This document shows, in pieces, positions 11,208 through 24,368 of a DNA stretch of 56,415 nucleotides; the stretch's first letter is position 1, and each line of letters opens with the position of its first letter. The stretch lies in assembly GCA_044892505.1 (NCBI GenBank), contig CM097882.1, forward strand, positions 140,499,586-140,556,000, in the 5' to 3' direction. This stretch comes from Schmidtea nova (taxonomy: Eukaryota). Position numbers and translations under genes: made by a program. A model generated the notes under the pieces. It made no database searches and was not told where the DNA came from. It worked only from the letters and a program-made list of their open reading frames with translations.

Positions 11208-14200
11208 CGTACACAATATCAGCTCCTCCAGCAAACACCATTTCAGGCATGACCACTACTCACCACGCACGACAATTTCTTCGCACAGCTCAACTCACTA
11301 CACCACTCAGCACAACCCGCACAACACAAACACAAACCCCACCTACAACAAAAACACCATTCTCAGAACCGCCTGCATCATTACCAACATCAACGTGCAT
11401 AAAACCACTAAAAGCGCCACTATCAATGCCACAAACACCACTCACCCCTCCTCACTACGAAATTCCCACAGACAACACGAGCATCCTACCACCACCGTCA
11501 CCGACCACCGCCTCCACTATAAACAAAGCAACCCTGGCCACATCAATTTTAACCAGAACTCCCGGAAATTTCACCATCACCGCCGAACTGTTAGAAGCAC
11601 ACGGACAACCCAAACAACGCACAATAACAGTCCTTATAGACACAGGTTCGTCATATTCAATTCTACCCACCACCTTCACTGCAGACACACCCTGCTCATC
11701 CTCCGCCATAGCCGCAAACGGTACGCACATAATGCTCTCCGGTACGAAAACAATCGAATTTCGCCTTCCCGGCCTTTCTAAACGTTTCTCGCACACATTT
11801 TACATTGCCGACACAACATTCCCGATTCTAGGTCTCGATTTCTTAACAACCGAAGAAGTGAACATCGACTGTAAAAACAGAAAACTGTATCAACTCCCTC
11901 ATCCAGTTTCCGCGATAGTGTCGCCAAAAACAACAATCACTTTAACAACAGACAACGTAGAATCAGTCATCGCCACAAATTTCCCGAACCTCCTCACCAA
12001 GTCTACCACACACGTACCCAGCAAAGAATCCGTCCATTTCATCACCACTGTTCCATGCACACCACAAAGCGCTCGTTCCAGGCCTCTGGCTATCAATAGA
12101 CGACAAGCCGTCGAACTAGAATTTTCCGAACTCGAAGACAAAGGCATCATTCGACGCACGTCCTCCCAATGGGCTTCCCCTATCCATGAAGTCACGAAAA
12201 AAGATGGCTCCTTCCGCCCTTGTGGTGATTTTCGAGCGTTGAACAGCGTAACGATTCATGACGCCTACCCTATGCCTCTCATTAAAGACCTATTTTCACG
12301 TTTTTCGGGGAAGACAGTCTTTTCAACGATCGACCTCGCCAAAGCATTTCACCAGTTCCCTGTAAATCCAGATGACGTTCCAAAAACAGCTGTAACTACC
12401 CCTTTCGGCAATTTCGAATACTTGTTCATGCCATTCGGCCTTAGGAATGCCTCACAAACACTCCAACGCTTCATGGACATCACTTTCAGACATCTCAACC
12501 ACACCTTCGTCTATCTAGACGATATCATTGTCGCTTCTACTGACGAATCCTCACACGCAAGAGACTTAATACAGGTTTTTGAAGTCCTCGACAAAAATAA
12601 CCTTCAGATTAGCGTTGAAAAATGTCAATTCTTCAAGTCGCGCGTCCGTTTTCTAGGACACATACTGTCTGCAGACGGATGTGAACCATTCCCAGAAAGG
12701 CTAGACATTATCCGGTCATTTCCCAAACCGTCCACGGTCACAGAGCTTCGCAGTTTTCTCGGAACTGTAAACTTCTGCCACAGATTTATCCCAAACTCGT
12801 CCCGCATTACCGCACCACTATCAGCACTCAATCACGGCCCCAAAAAGGCTATAATAAAATGGTCCGACGAAACAGATCAGGCCTTCATCAACGTAAAAAA
12901 CGCATTGACTAATATCTCAACGCTGTATTACCCACATAACGACCTGCCATTCACTCTAACCACCGACGCCTCAGACATAGCAGCTGGGGCCGTTCTCCAC
13001 CAGATTAAAGACAACGTTTCCCGTCCCATCGAATTCTTTTCCCGTAAATTCTCATAAGCAGAAACAAGGTACAGTGCCTTCGATAGAGAGCTACTAGCCA
13101 TCGTGCTGGCCGTTAAACATTTCCGACACTTCCTAGAGGGTAGACATTTCACAATATTCACCGACCACAAACCTCTCCTACACTGCCTCACCATGAAAGA
13201 TCCATCGAATAGGGTAATTCGTCAACTAGCATTTCTATCATCGTTTGATTTCGTGATCAAACACATAGCAGGGGGTGACAACGTCATTGCAGACTGCCTT
13301 TCGCGCGCGATCATAACCTCAATATCTTTTTCTCCTATCTTCTCGCTAGATATCCTTTCATCCACACCTCCTTCTGAGAAAGATATTTCCAGGTTCAAAG
13401 AATCCCACAAACTCATCGACGGTGTGCATTACGACACATCTTATAACAATACGCTACGCCCCATTCTACACGAGCCACTTCGCAAAGAAGCGTTTTTCGC
13501 AGTTCACAACCTACACCATCCCGGCATCAAATCGACATACGCACTACTACGCCAGAAAGTCACCTGGTACGCCCTATTCAAAGACGTCAAACGATGGGTA
13601 AGTGAGTGTCAAGGGTGCCAGCAGCATAAAGTTCACAAACATGTCAAACCACCGCTCACCCCTTTCCCCACAGGCTCCCGCTTCGATATTTTGCACATTG
13701 ATCTCGTGGGACCACTCCCGGCGGACAACGGATTCTCCTTCATCCTTACAATAATAGATCGTAAGACGCGCTGGTTCGAAGCAGTACCCATACCCAATAT
13801 CACAGCACCCATTGTTGCAGACTACTTAGTGTCTACCTGGTTTTCCCGTTACGGTATCCCTACAACCATCATTACAGACCAAGGGCGCCAATTCGAATCG
13901 GACTTATTTAATTACCTGACAAACGCGCTATGCATTAAACACATACGCACCACTGCCTATCATCCGCAGACCAACGGTCTCGTCGAACGTGCCCACCGCA
14001 CTATCAAGACCTCACTTCGTATTCTCGCATCCTCCTCCGGATGGACAAAATCTCTGCCGTTCGTTCTACTTGGATGGCACAACACACCCAATCGCTCAAG
14101 TGGAGTCTCCCCGGCACAATTACTGTTCGGCGCTAACACACGCATGCCATCAGAACTTATAGAAACAGACTCCGAATCGTCTCTCCAACAAATAAACCAG

Positions 14201-14659
14201 GCCCGCAGCCACTTCCTTGCTCTAGACTCAAATCCGTCCTTCACATACTCTACCTCTTACAAACCCTACATGCCGCAAACTCTCACCTTAGCCTCACACG
14301 CCTGGTTAAAATGCATTGACTCATCCAGTTTGAAGCCCCGGTATAAAGGACCATACCCGATTATCAAAATACACAAAAACACGGCCGAACTATACATAGA
14401 TGGTACAACACACATCATAAACCTGAACCGCCTAAAACCGGCTCTTATATTAGCGGATCAGGACAACGAACTTCCACTACACCACCAGTCAGATGAAGAT
14501 CTAACCGAAGACCCCACATTTGACCCAGACCCACAGGCTCACCAACCCTTTCCAATTCCGCAGACCGAAACATTTCGCAACCCATTGTCACACAATCGCA
14601 TCCGCCGTCCTCCACAGTATCTCTCAGACTACCATCTCGATTTCCACTCAGATCCTTGA
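11125..14659 (+). pseudogene. pol: pol (protease, RT, RNase H, integrase) with one in-frame TAA at 13055-13057
   Basis: VLIDTGS protease; RPCGDFRALN and YLDDI in RT; TDASD in RNase H; HHPG...CQGC zinc motif; HIDLVG...ITTDQG...NGLVER integrase; YKGPY module. The frame continues across [17 protein letters not shown]. Confidence 0.95.
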
Positions 14660-14695
14660 TTCGTTTTTTGCCTTTCCCATACGCTCCGCGTACTT

Positions 14696-14708
14696 CGGCG
14701 GGGGCTAT
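14696..14708 (+). promoter_or_regulatory. Polypurine tract region
   Basis: G-rich CGGCGGGGGCTAT immediately 5' of the 3' LTR. Confidence 0.75.
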
Positions 14709-15220
14709 TGTAGTGCCTCCGTTATTTATATGTTATTATATTATTTAATTAAATATCAATATTTATATATTAAAATCAATTTTTTAATTATTTATAAAAA
14801 AAATGCGATTTGTTTAAATCAGAAAAAATGGCACTTTTCACCTTATTCAAAGAAAAACCACAAGCAAAAAGGAATTTTAAAAAAATGGAAGCTGCACCAA
14901 TTAAAACCCAACGCAAACTACAAAGTTACCAATTGAATGTTGTTATGAAAAAGAACGCAAATCGTACAAAGGAATTCAGCGAGCACAAGAGACAATTGAT
15001 ACAATCAATCACCCTAGCGATTACTACTAGTACAAAGATCGATATTTCTACCATTGAAATACCAGAGCGCATTAAAGACAGCTATTTCATGAAGGAAAAG
15101 AACACTAAATCAACTGTGAAATCTGATGATATATTTGTAGCTAAGAAAGAACAATTTGTCTTATTAAATATATTTTCAGCTGCTAAATTTGTCTTTTTAA
15201 TAATATTAGCAGCAGCTAAA
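14709..15220 (+). repeat. 3' LTR (512 bp)
   Basis: Direct repeat of 8439-8937, followed by the TSD ATTTC. Confidence 0.95.
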
Positions 15221-15442
15221 ATTTCATTTATAAAAATAATTTACATTGAAATATAAACAAAAATATTAAAATTATAAATAATTAACAAAAAAAAGTTTTT
15301 TTGCTTTAATTTTTTTTGTTTTTTTTTTATTTCTAAGAATTGTTTTAACTTTAGTATTGTTTTGCATTTTGTATTTATTTGACAAAAAAAACGATTTTTA
15401 TTTTTTATTGTAACTTTTAAATTTAATAGTCATAATTTATAA

Positions 15443-15531
15443 TTAACACGTTGACGGACAGTATTAAAATTACAGCATTAAAATTACTTGAACTTGACGG
15501 CTATAGACGCAACTGTCCGTCAACGTGTTAA
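15443..15531. mobile_element. Miniature piggyBac-type MITE (81 bp between TTAA sites)
   Basis: TTAA-CACGTTGACGGACAGT ... ACTGTCCGTCAACGTG-TTAA: perfect 16-bp TIRs flanked by TTAA. Confidence 0.75.
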
Positions 15532-15634
15532 AAATGTTTTATTTTCATTTAATTATATTAATTTCATTTTTTAATTATTATTAATAAATATTTATTTTAA
15601 ATTTTGATTAAAACTTCATAATATCCTTATTTAT

Positions 15635-15820
15635 TACACCAGGTCCCCGCTTTGCGTCGCTATTCGGTTGTAGAGATGCAAGTAGAGACGCAAAGTGGAT
15701 TTCGACGCATAGCGAACAAATTATAACATGTTGTAAGAGAAAATATACTATATATTTATCGAAATAAAGTTTTTCCAACCGACGCAAGAGCGAATAGACG
15801 CATAGCGGGGACCTGGTGTA
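15635..15820. mobile_element. MITE with TA flanks and GC-rich TIRs
   Basis: TA-CACCAGGTCCCCGCT...AGCGGGGACCTGGTG-TA, with the imperfect inverted match extending to about 30 bp. Superfamily not assignable. Confidence 0.8.
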
Positions 15821-17280
15821 TTTAAATTTTTTTTCAGATCAAATTATTATTAATATTTTCTTTTATTTCAGAACTGTTCTTTTTGTAAATATTATCAATA
15901 TATACTTTTCAGGTGTTATTGGCGCACAAATATCATTTGTAGCATTATTGGTGTAGCTATAGTGTTATATGTGATAATAATAAATTAATGATAGATTTAT
16001 ATATAATATATAATATGATACCACTGACACAAGCAGAGCTCGGTAATCCAAGTACCAAAATATTAATAAGAAAAAATCTAATTATTTCAGATAAATTGGA
16101 AATTAATTTTAAAAATTAATTGTATATTAAGGAACATAAAAACTCGCAAAATCTGATTTTATTTTCTACAAAAATAAATTATGCATTATTTCATAATTGA
16201 AAATAGTTCAACTAGAATTATAACAAAATTAAGTTTTATTCATCTTCAAAGATATCAAGAAAAATGTCTCGAATTTATAAAAGTTAATGTCTTAAGGCAC
16301 AACTTTTTTCAATTAATTTTTCAGGTAAATAAATCTCAAAAATAATTTTAATTAAATTAATTTTATTATTTCATAAAATATCCAGGAAAATTGATAAAAT
16401 AATATTCAATAAAGAAACAAAATTCCCAGATAAAAATTGCATAAATAGATTCAATATCCTCTGAAGAAATCCCATATGAAATTTTATAAGGGTTTTCTGG
16501 GAAATTAAAAATAATTAAAGCAATAAAACAAGTATGCAGAAAGAGTAATTTGTTAGTGCAACAAAATAAATGGTGCACAGATTTTGTAATAAATATAAAT
16601 AATAATTAAAAAGTTTTATTATCTTAAATGGGGATCATACTAGAAAATGATCAAGACAAAAGAAATATTTCAATTTTATTATCCTTGATCATTTTTAGGT
16701 ATTTATAATTTATAGTGATATAAAGAATTTAAATTTAAATTGTAATTGAAATTATAATTTATTTACATTAGTTTTATGTGTGCTTTAATTATTCCAACAG
16801 ATAGTAATTTGTCAATAAATGTAAAATATTCTAGAAGTATAAAATGGTGATTTCTTGGTAGCATCATTAATTAAATATGAAATAAATAACAAAAAAAATC
16901 TGCTGTAAAATTTTCAAAATTATTCACTAGAAAGTCCAAATAGAATTATGCCCAAAAATAAAGTCCTTACCACCTTTAACATTATTATTTTATGAGTATA
17001 TCTGATATAATAAGATAAAGAAAAAAAAATTAAAATTATTATTTTATTTGACTAGTCTAACAATTATTAAATTGTTTAACTGATATCTTTTTCTCATTTA
17101 AATGCCAAATTTTTCAATTCTTATTTTCCATTGTCAACAATATGCGAGTCCTCAAAACATAGGATTAACTTAAATTTTTAAAGTATATTAAATATACATC
17201 TTAAATAAAGTCTAAAATTAAATATTTATTAATTAAAAATATAAAAAAACTATTAAATAAAAATGTCAATTTATTCAAAT

Positions 17281-18565
17281 AAATTAAAGAACATCATTTT
17301 TTTAAATATATTAATGCAATATATCTGAACAGCTCAGCTGTCATCATCAGGCTTTCCAAAATCTCAATAAAATAAAAATTGATCTTATTTATACGTTAAT
17401 TAGTGATTGCATAATCACATGTGCACAATCCAATAAAACTTTTATATACCCTAGAAAAATTAATTAAAAACTTTCAAAATGCATGTAGATATTGCATTTT
17501 GTAAGTTTATCTTAGGATTAAATGATTTTATCATCAAAGCATCACAACTCACACGTTCATAATAATTTTTAAAACCCCTAGAAGTTTTTTGAAATTGGAA
17601 ATATCAATGCTCTCATTATGGTCAAGTCTTATTATGCTCAATAATGTTACTCTTTCCGCTTTTTCTGGCATAATCTTGAACTGGTAGTCTCTCCCATGTA
17701 TATGGCATTACACCCATTACAAGTAAAACGATATACGAGATCAAAATACAGACCAAATGGCGTCACAGATTTATTACTGAACATGTCCCAAACTTTGAAA
17801 GACTTAGAAATTATTTTAACATTAGTATTCCAATATTTTTTTATAATATATTTTCTAAAATTTACAAATCCCGCAGAAAACGATAAAAGTATAACAGAAC
17901 CAATGCTATGATTCAAGTTACTTTTATTTATTTCATTTTTTTTACCATCAACACCATCATTCATTCCCATAACAACATCACATGTTTCAATCAAATAAGC
18001 AATATCAAGGTAATTAAACGGATCAACACCAGGAGAAATTTTGTCATCAATCACATTCAACTTATTAATACACTTATAAACAGTTTCACATACAATTCGT
18101 TGCAAGAAACATTTTGAATATCCATTATTCTGTAGTAATTTAAGAAATTTATCAATACCATTTATAAATTTACAATAAGTTGACTGCAATGTCCAAGAAC
18201 GATAAACCAATTCCCTTATCATATTTCTTTTGCATTTAAAATCACAAAAGCTTTTCGGTGATGTATACAAACCAGTATCTGTGGTTTTTCTATAAATTTC
18301 GGTTTCAAAATGTTTATCTTTCTGTTCAATCAGCAAATCAAGAAATGATATTTTAGAATTAATTTCCTCTTCAAAAGTAAATTTAATATTTTTATCAAAT
18401 TATTCATATAATACAAAAACGGCTCAACATGTTCTTAAGTGTATTAATAAGTTGAATGTAAGATCAATTTTTATTTTATTGAGATTGTGTAAAGCCTGAT
18501 GGTGACAACTAACCTGTTGAAATATATTGCAATAATATATTTTAAAAAATGGTGTTCTTTTATTT
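17281..18565 (-). mobile_element. 5'-truncated Penelope-like element (end of RT, thumb, GIY-YIG) with inverted pseudo-LTR copies
   Basis: NIKFTFEEEINSKISFLDLLI...YRKTTDTGLY; VYRFTCNGCNAIYMGET; ALMIKSFNPKINLQ. An inverted repeat of about 107 bp pairs 17281-17387 with 18459-18565. Confidence 0.9.
17306..17365 (-). ncRNA. Degenerate hammerhead-ribozyme-like motif in the Penelope pLTR
   Basis: GC-CTGATGA-TGACAGC-TGA-GCTGTTCA-GATA-TATT-GC. The second copy (plus strand, 18494-18530) has CTGATGG...GAAA. Each copy has one damaged core box. Confidence 0.5.
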
Positions 18566-19599
18566 AATTAAAAATATATTTAAAAATAAATAAATAAATT
18601 TAAAATAATATTGGTTTTCAATATAATTTAAATTAATATTTCTAAAAATAAATTTAATTTATTGACTTGTTCTTTTAAAGATAATACTATTCACACAAAT
18701 ATAGAATTTATGGTAAATGTTTTTAAAAAATAAAACCAAAAAATTATATTTGATAAAAGACACAAATAAATATAATATATTTGCACATATAGATATATAA
18801 AAATATTTATTATCAATTTTTATGAATGAACTTAGCTTAAATAATAAACTTTTTTTCCATTGTTGACATCGGTTGGCATTTTAGACACTACATTTGCTGT
18901 ATAAAATATATTTTTTCATGTCCTTTTCATTTAGTGTAACTTTTTAAGCCTTTTTATATGTGATTTGCTTTAGACATATTTTAACTTTGTTGGCTAAATA
19001 AATGAAAATATAACGGCCTATTGAAATGAAAAGAAAACAATAACCTTTAAAAGCTGTTTCAAAGAACTTAATGTTATTAAGTAAGAATTTATATATCCTA
19101 CCAACCAAAAAAGTTAAAACAAAAAAAGTTATTATTTATTGTTAATATTTAAATAATAAAGATTTTTGTTGAATAAAAAAAGGAATTTTAATCTTTTGTC
19201 AGAAACAAATTAAGAAAAATATGAAATTGAATCAAGATCAAATGTAAAAAAGACTAAAGGTTTTAAAGATAATATTAAATATTTATTCATAAAACAATCA
19301 TAAGCATGATATCTAATGTTATTAATAAATATTAAAACGAAAAATAACTATTTACTTAATTAATTAATTAATATTTATCATACAAATAAAATCCCACAGT
19401 CTGTCAGTTAGTCCGTCACACCTATTAATAAATGTAAGTAGTTTTATTTATTATTATACTACTTTCAAAAGTAAGTAATTTAATTATCATAAATAAAATT
19501 AGTTTTTTTTAATTATTAATAGTATTATTATTATTATTATTATTAATAATAATATTATTATTATTATATTACTATTTTTATAATCATCAGATATATTTA

Positions 19600-19608
19600 C
19601 ACACACAT

Positions 19609-19678
<70 letters not shown>
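19600..19678. repeat. (CA)n/(TA)n microsatellite
   Basis: Directly visible. Confidence 0.95.
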
Positions 19679-19684
<6 letters not shown>

Positions 19685-20831
19685 TCTCTGTCCATCCGTC
19701 TGTCAGTTTTATGTTTCCAAATCTACTAATGACAATTCTTATACATTCTAAATAAAAATTATTTGTCGGTCCATCGACCCCCCATATTTATTTTATATAA
19801 ATTCCAAAATATGAGATTGTCATTTGACGTGCTATATACAGTTAATTTTTAAAAATATTATAATGATATTTAACTATTTATTTGTTTATTTATTTATTAA
19901 AAAAATTAAAACGCTTTAACCAATTCTTAATGTCGAATGCCACTCAGCTCTGACCAGGAATTATTCTCTTTCGCATTGCAGCAAGGCTCCAAATGTTCAG
20001 ATTGTCACAACACATTCTCCATGCATCTTTCACATATTTATTACGCTCTTTTTACGGCTTGATGATCAAAATTGAAATTGGATGATCACAATTTGTTTCA
20101 GTTCATTGATTTCACAAATAAAAGTGGCAATTTTGGATAATTATTTTCTTTTATTTTATATATTTTCAATATATTTAAATAGTTTGATAATTGCGGGGAT
20201 TATATTTCAGAATGTTTGTGCAATAAAACGGCAAGTTCCATATTAATATTGTTGATTTATACGTATTAATAGAGTAATTAAATTTGTCGGCTATTTACTT
20301 TATCCGTTTCATGCTGAATAATTTAGTTTTGCGGCAAATTTAAATTCCGGGAAAATATCATCATTTCCTTTTAGCAGTTAACAAATGTTTTACGAATATT
20401 AAATAAATTAAGTAAATATTATTTAATTTTAATCATTTTGTTGGCGTAGCAAATTTAGAGCATTCAATTGGGAATTCTTTTCTGGTTGGCGAAAGAATTT
20501 TGGTTTATTCGTTAAAAGCGCATTTTATAGAAAAAATGAAATGATTTAATTCTTGAAATTTTCTTCATCAAGGTTAGAGATTTTTTCCCAACGTTTATTA
20601 GCTTAATTCTTTTTTTAAAAAAGAAGAAACTATTATCGGGTGATTTTAGGAAATCGAGCAAACCCTTTTGACGTCTACCTTATAAATAAATTATTTACAG
20701 ATTAACAATATTATTCTCTTTTTCTCTCTTGTTTCGTTATGGTAACTCTGTCCTCAATTTTGACAGCCAATAATGACATGAAATACCATTTGTTTGGTAC
20801 AAATGTTACAAATTTGAATAATATAAATACC

Positions 20832-20835
<4 letters not shown>

Positions 20836-20871
<36 letters not shown>
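20836..20871. repeat. (TA)n microsatellite
   Basis: Directly visible. Confidence 0.95.
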
Positions 20872-20873
<2 letters not shown>

Positions 20874-21361
20874 TTCTTATCTAATATCGAGGTTTTCTCC
20901 TTTTTCTCCAAGTTTCTTCTATAAATTCAACTCGATGGTATACTGAGCACCTATTTACGCTTTTCTTGTTAATTTCTTGTCCCTTGATTGTCAAAACTAT
21001 CACATTTCTATAAATTTCGATAATTGACAAATTTAATTATTTTTTGATTCTGAATCATTAAAAATATTTTTCTTACGACCTTTGTTTCGCGCTGTGCGGG
21101 GGCGGGGGGGTTGGAAGATTCCGAAATTATTTTTGAAAATTAAAATCTCTTTCATGACTCGGAAACTTTGCGACAATACAAAAACAATAGACATGTCAAA
21201 TTGTAGCTCTACTAACGGTGGGCCGTATGAATATTTAATATTGATCATATAATAATCTGTCAAAAGGTTATATTGATTTGAGCCAGTGCGCTGGCAATGT
21301 TTTTGCAAAAAGATTACATGACGTGTTTGACACGCTGTAGAACAAACACCATGAGTTATAG

Positions 21362-23482
21362 CAGCGGTTCTTAAACTGTGGTCCGCGGACCCCTGGGGGT
21401 CCGCCGGCTGCTGGCAGAGGGTCCGCGAGCATATGACTCACATTTATATTTAAAAATACGGAAATTTTTTAAAGTTTTTGGTTTTATTTTTTCTAAATTC
21501 TAATAGATTTGCAAATTGGCATAAATCAAATCGAAATAAAATCGTTGATTTTCCATTTAAATTTGAAAAAAAAATAGTAATAGTAACCACGGAAATAAAT
21601 TCTTTAAAAAGAACAGCCATCTGCGTTAAAAACTAATTATTCTTTAAATTGATTTTTCTTTAAGTTAATTTTCCAGTGAAATCAGTTTACCAACTATAAT
21701 AAAAGTGACGACAAGTAATTGTTTTAAATAAAAGGTAAGAAATTTATAAATATAATCACTTTTATTAGTTATTCGGTACTATAATTATAATTTTATGTTT
21801 TCCTAGTAATTATGGATCAATGGTTGAAATTCGGTAAGTTACCAAAACGCAAAAACGACCAACGAGACGATTCTGATTCTGATGAACATGATATCCCATC
21901 ATGTTCCAAGGCGAAGAAGACACTGATGTACAAAACACGAAAATTGATTGAACGTGTTTTGAAGAGTCAATTTTACTCATTGCAACTGGATGAAACTACA
22001 GATATTGCGAGCAACCCAAATTTGCTCTCATTCATTCGATATGAATTTAGCGGTAAGATTTATGAAGATTTTTTGTTTTGCAAGTTGCTTCCAACACGGA
22101 CAACTGGTGCTGAAATATTTCGTTGCTTGAACAACTTTATAACAAACAATAAAATGGAGTGGTCAAAATGTATTTAAATGAGCACGGACGGTGCTCGACC
22201 TATGAGTGGAACAATTAAGGGTCTTAAGAATTTTGTTAAAACAGTAGCGCCCAATGTAGTTTGGACACATTGTTGCATACATCGCGAAGCACTTGCCGCA
22301 AAGAAAATGCCAGATATTTTAAAAACTACTTTAAATGAAATTGTATCTGTGGTAAATTTTATTAAAGCGCGTCCATTAAATTCTCGTCTTTTTCAAGTTT
22401 TATGTGAAGAAATTGGGAGTCAGCATAAACATCTTCTTCTTCATGCAGAAGTACATTGGTTGTCTCGTGGAAAGGTATTAAATAGAATTTTTAAACTGCG
22501 AGATGAAGTACGATTATTTTTGATGGAGAATGATAATTTCTATTTAAAAGATCGTTTTTTTGACTTTTCCTGGCTAGCTAAGGTGGGTTATTTGGCTGAT
22601 ATTCATTCTTACCTAAATGAATTAAATTTAAGTTTACAAGGTACTTCAATAAATATTTTTAAAGTAGAAGATAAAATAAAAGCAATAATGAAGAAAATGG
22701 ATTTGTGGATAAGCAGATTAACAAAAGGAATTATTGAATCCTTTCCAACACTTCATGAATTTGTAGAAAGTTCTGATAACAAACTGTTTGTCGAAGAAAT
22801 TCAGATTTTAATTGAACATATAAAAATGTTAAAAGAATCTTTTAGAAATTATTTTCCTTCTACCACATCAGACCATGAATGGGTTCGAGATCCATTTTGT
22901 TGCAAAAATATCGAAGTACAAAATTTGACAATTTCAAAGCAAGATGAACTTGCAGAATTATCATGCGACAGCTCCTACAGGTTGGTTTTTAATGAACATA
23001 CTGTTGAAGAGTTTTGGTTGAAAGTTAAAAATGTATATCCAACATTAGCTGAAAAAGCAAATAAATATTTACTTCCATTTTGTACAACGTATTTATGTGA
23101 AAGAGCTTTCTCGATGCTATTATACATGAAGAATAAATATCGAAATCGGTTGGATGTTGAACCAGAATTAAGGATAAACATATCAAATATAGATCCTAAT
23201 ATTGCAATTCTAGTGTCACAAAAGCAACACCATCCTTCACATGGTAAAAATTAAATATACATAACTTTATATGTTATATCCAAATATTTTATTACTTTTT
23301 TTAATTTGTTATATATATATATTGTGTTGTATCTCAGTGAATTATAAAAATACAGTAAATAAATTTTAATTTTTCTTATAAACACTGTCTTAATTAGTTT
23401 ATTGATGAATGAACTTTGGGGTCCGCCAAGATATTTTTTGTCTCAAAGGGGTCCCGATGTTCAATAAGTTTAAGAACCGCTG
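21362..23482 (+). mobile_element. hAT DNA transposon, Charlie/Buster group, internally deleted
   Basis: 16-bp TIRs CAGCGGTTCTTAAACT / AGTTTAAGAACCGCTG and a perfect 8-bp TSD AGTTATAG (21354-21361 and 23483-23490). Confidence 0.95.
21812..23254 (+). pseudogene. Charlie-type hAT transposase (SCAND3/ZBED5-like), BED region deleted, TAA at 22175-22177
   Basis: LQLDETTD, STDGA, HCCIHREAL, EVHWLSRG, TTYLCERAFS, HPSH. The two ORFs are in the same frame. Confidence 0.9.
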
Positions 23483-23763
23483 AGTTATAGCAACAAGTAT
23501 GACGCATTATCTTGTAACCTGACTCACGCCTGATCCGATCAATTGATTCTCACGATGATTTATCGCTTACCCGATGATTCATACCTTCGTGAGACAGAAA
23601 TATACATAGGTTTTCCATTTTCACCTGTTTCTAATTTATCTTTTCATAAATATGTTGATTCTTCATATTTTGGTACGTTTGGTTAATATATGTTGACCTA
23701 AGTTATTATTTTGAGGGATGATGTTTAGTAGTTGTAAAACATCTTTTATTTTGCTTGATAATC

Positions 23764-24368
23764 TACGCGATGCGCCCAATAAGTACTTGGACACGTCAAG
23801 AAATAATTACATTATAAAATAGATATTACGGGGAAATATATTTAAATACGTATTAGATAATAAAAAGTGTTTTTGTATTTCTAAGCTATTTTTGTTTTTA
23901 AACGAAATGGCGCTATTTGATTTTTGCATTAGAAAATGTCAGATAATATTGAATTTCAAAAGGTTATAAAGTTTCTGCTTTTAAAGAAAACTACTGGCCA
24001 ATAAATTATTGCAAGAAGAATGAGTACCCATGTAAAGCAACTATTTACAACTGGGCGCACTGATTTTTTTGATTTGAAAAGACCTGGCAGACCAGTGGAA
24101 AATTTTCAAAAGTATATTGTTTAACTTTCTGAATAATATGCGCATAAAGAAAATGTGTTCAGGGTTTGTGCCAAGATTTCCTAAGCGTAAAATGAGTGTT
24201 GACAGAAAATTTTGGAAATCTTTGAAAATCTTGGCGATGTCTTTCTAAAACATACAATCACTGAACATGAGACACTTCTGAACCTATAAATATTTAAAAT
24301 TAAACGTTTTAGACTTTCTGTCAGGATGGCAAAAATGCGTAGAATTTGGAGGAACTTACATTGAAAAA
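23764..24368 (+). mobile_element. mariner-like transposon relic
   Basis: MSDNIEFQKVIKFLLLK, PCKATIYNW, RPGRP and the C-terminal WQKCVEFGGTYIEK. A left-TIR-like TACGCGATGCGCCCAATAAGT is present; no right TIR seen. Confidence 0.65.

Larger units (their letters stand above)
8439..15220 (+). mobile_element. Full-length Ty3/Gypsy LTR retrotransposon, CsRN1/Boudicca-like, carrying Ig-domain and ubiquitin-like additions; inactivated
   Basis: Two LTRs, a perfect 5-bp TSD ATTTC (8434-8438 and 15221-15225), PBS, PPT, and gag-PR-RT-RH-IN order. The CHCC-type Gag knuckle is typical of the CsRN1 clade. Confidence 0.95.

Noticed and set aside
11052-14244. Many short antisense and alternate-frame ORFs inside the Gypsy pol
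   Set aside because: Shadow ORFs expected from the C/A-rich, higher-GC element sequence; no motifs.
21200-21350. Minus-strand LPAHWLKSI*PFD resembling a pogo DDE QPLD motif
   Set aside because: Too short, several stops, and no other transposase motifs nearby.
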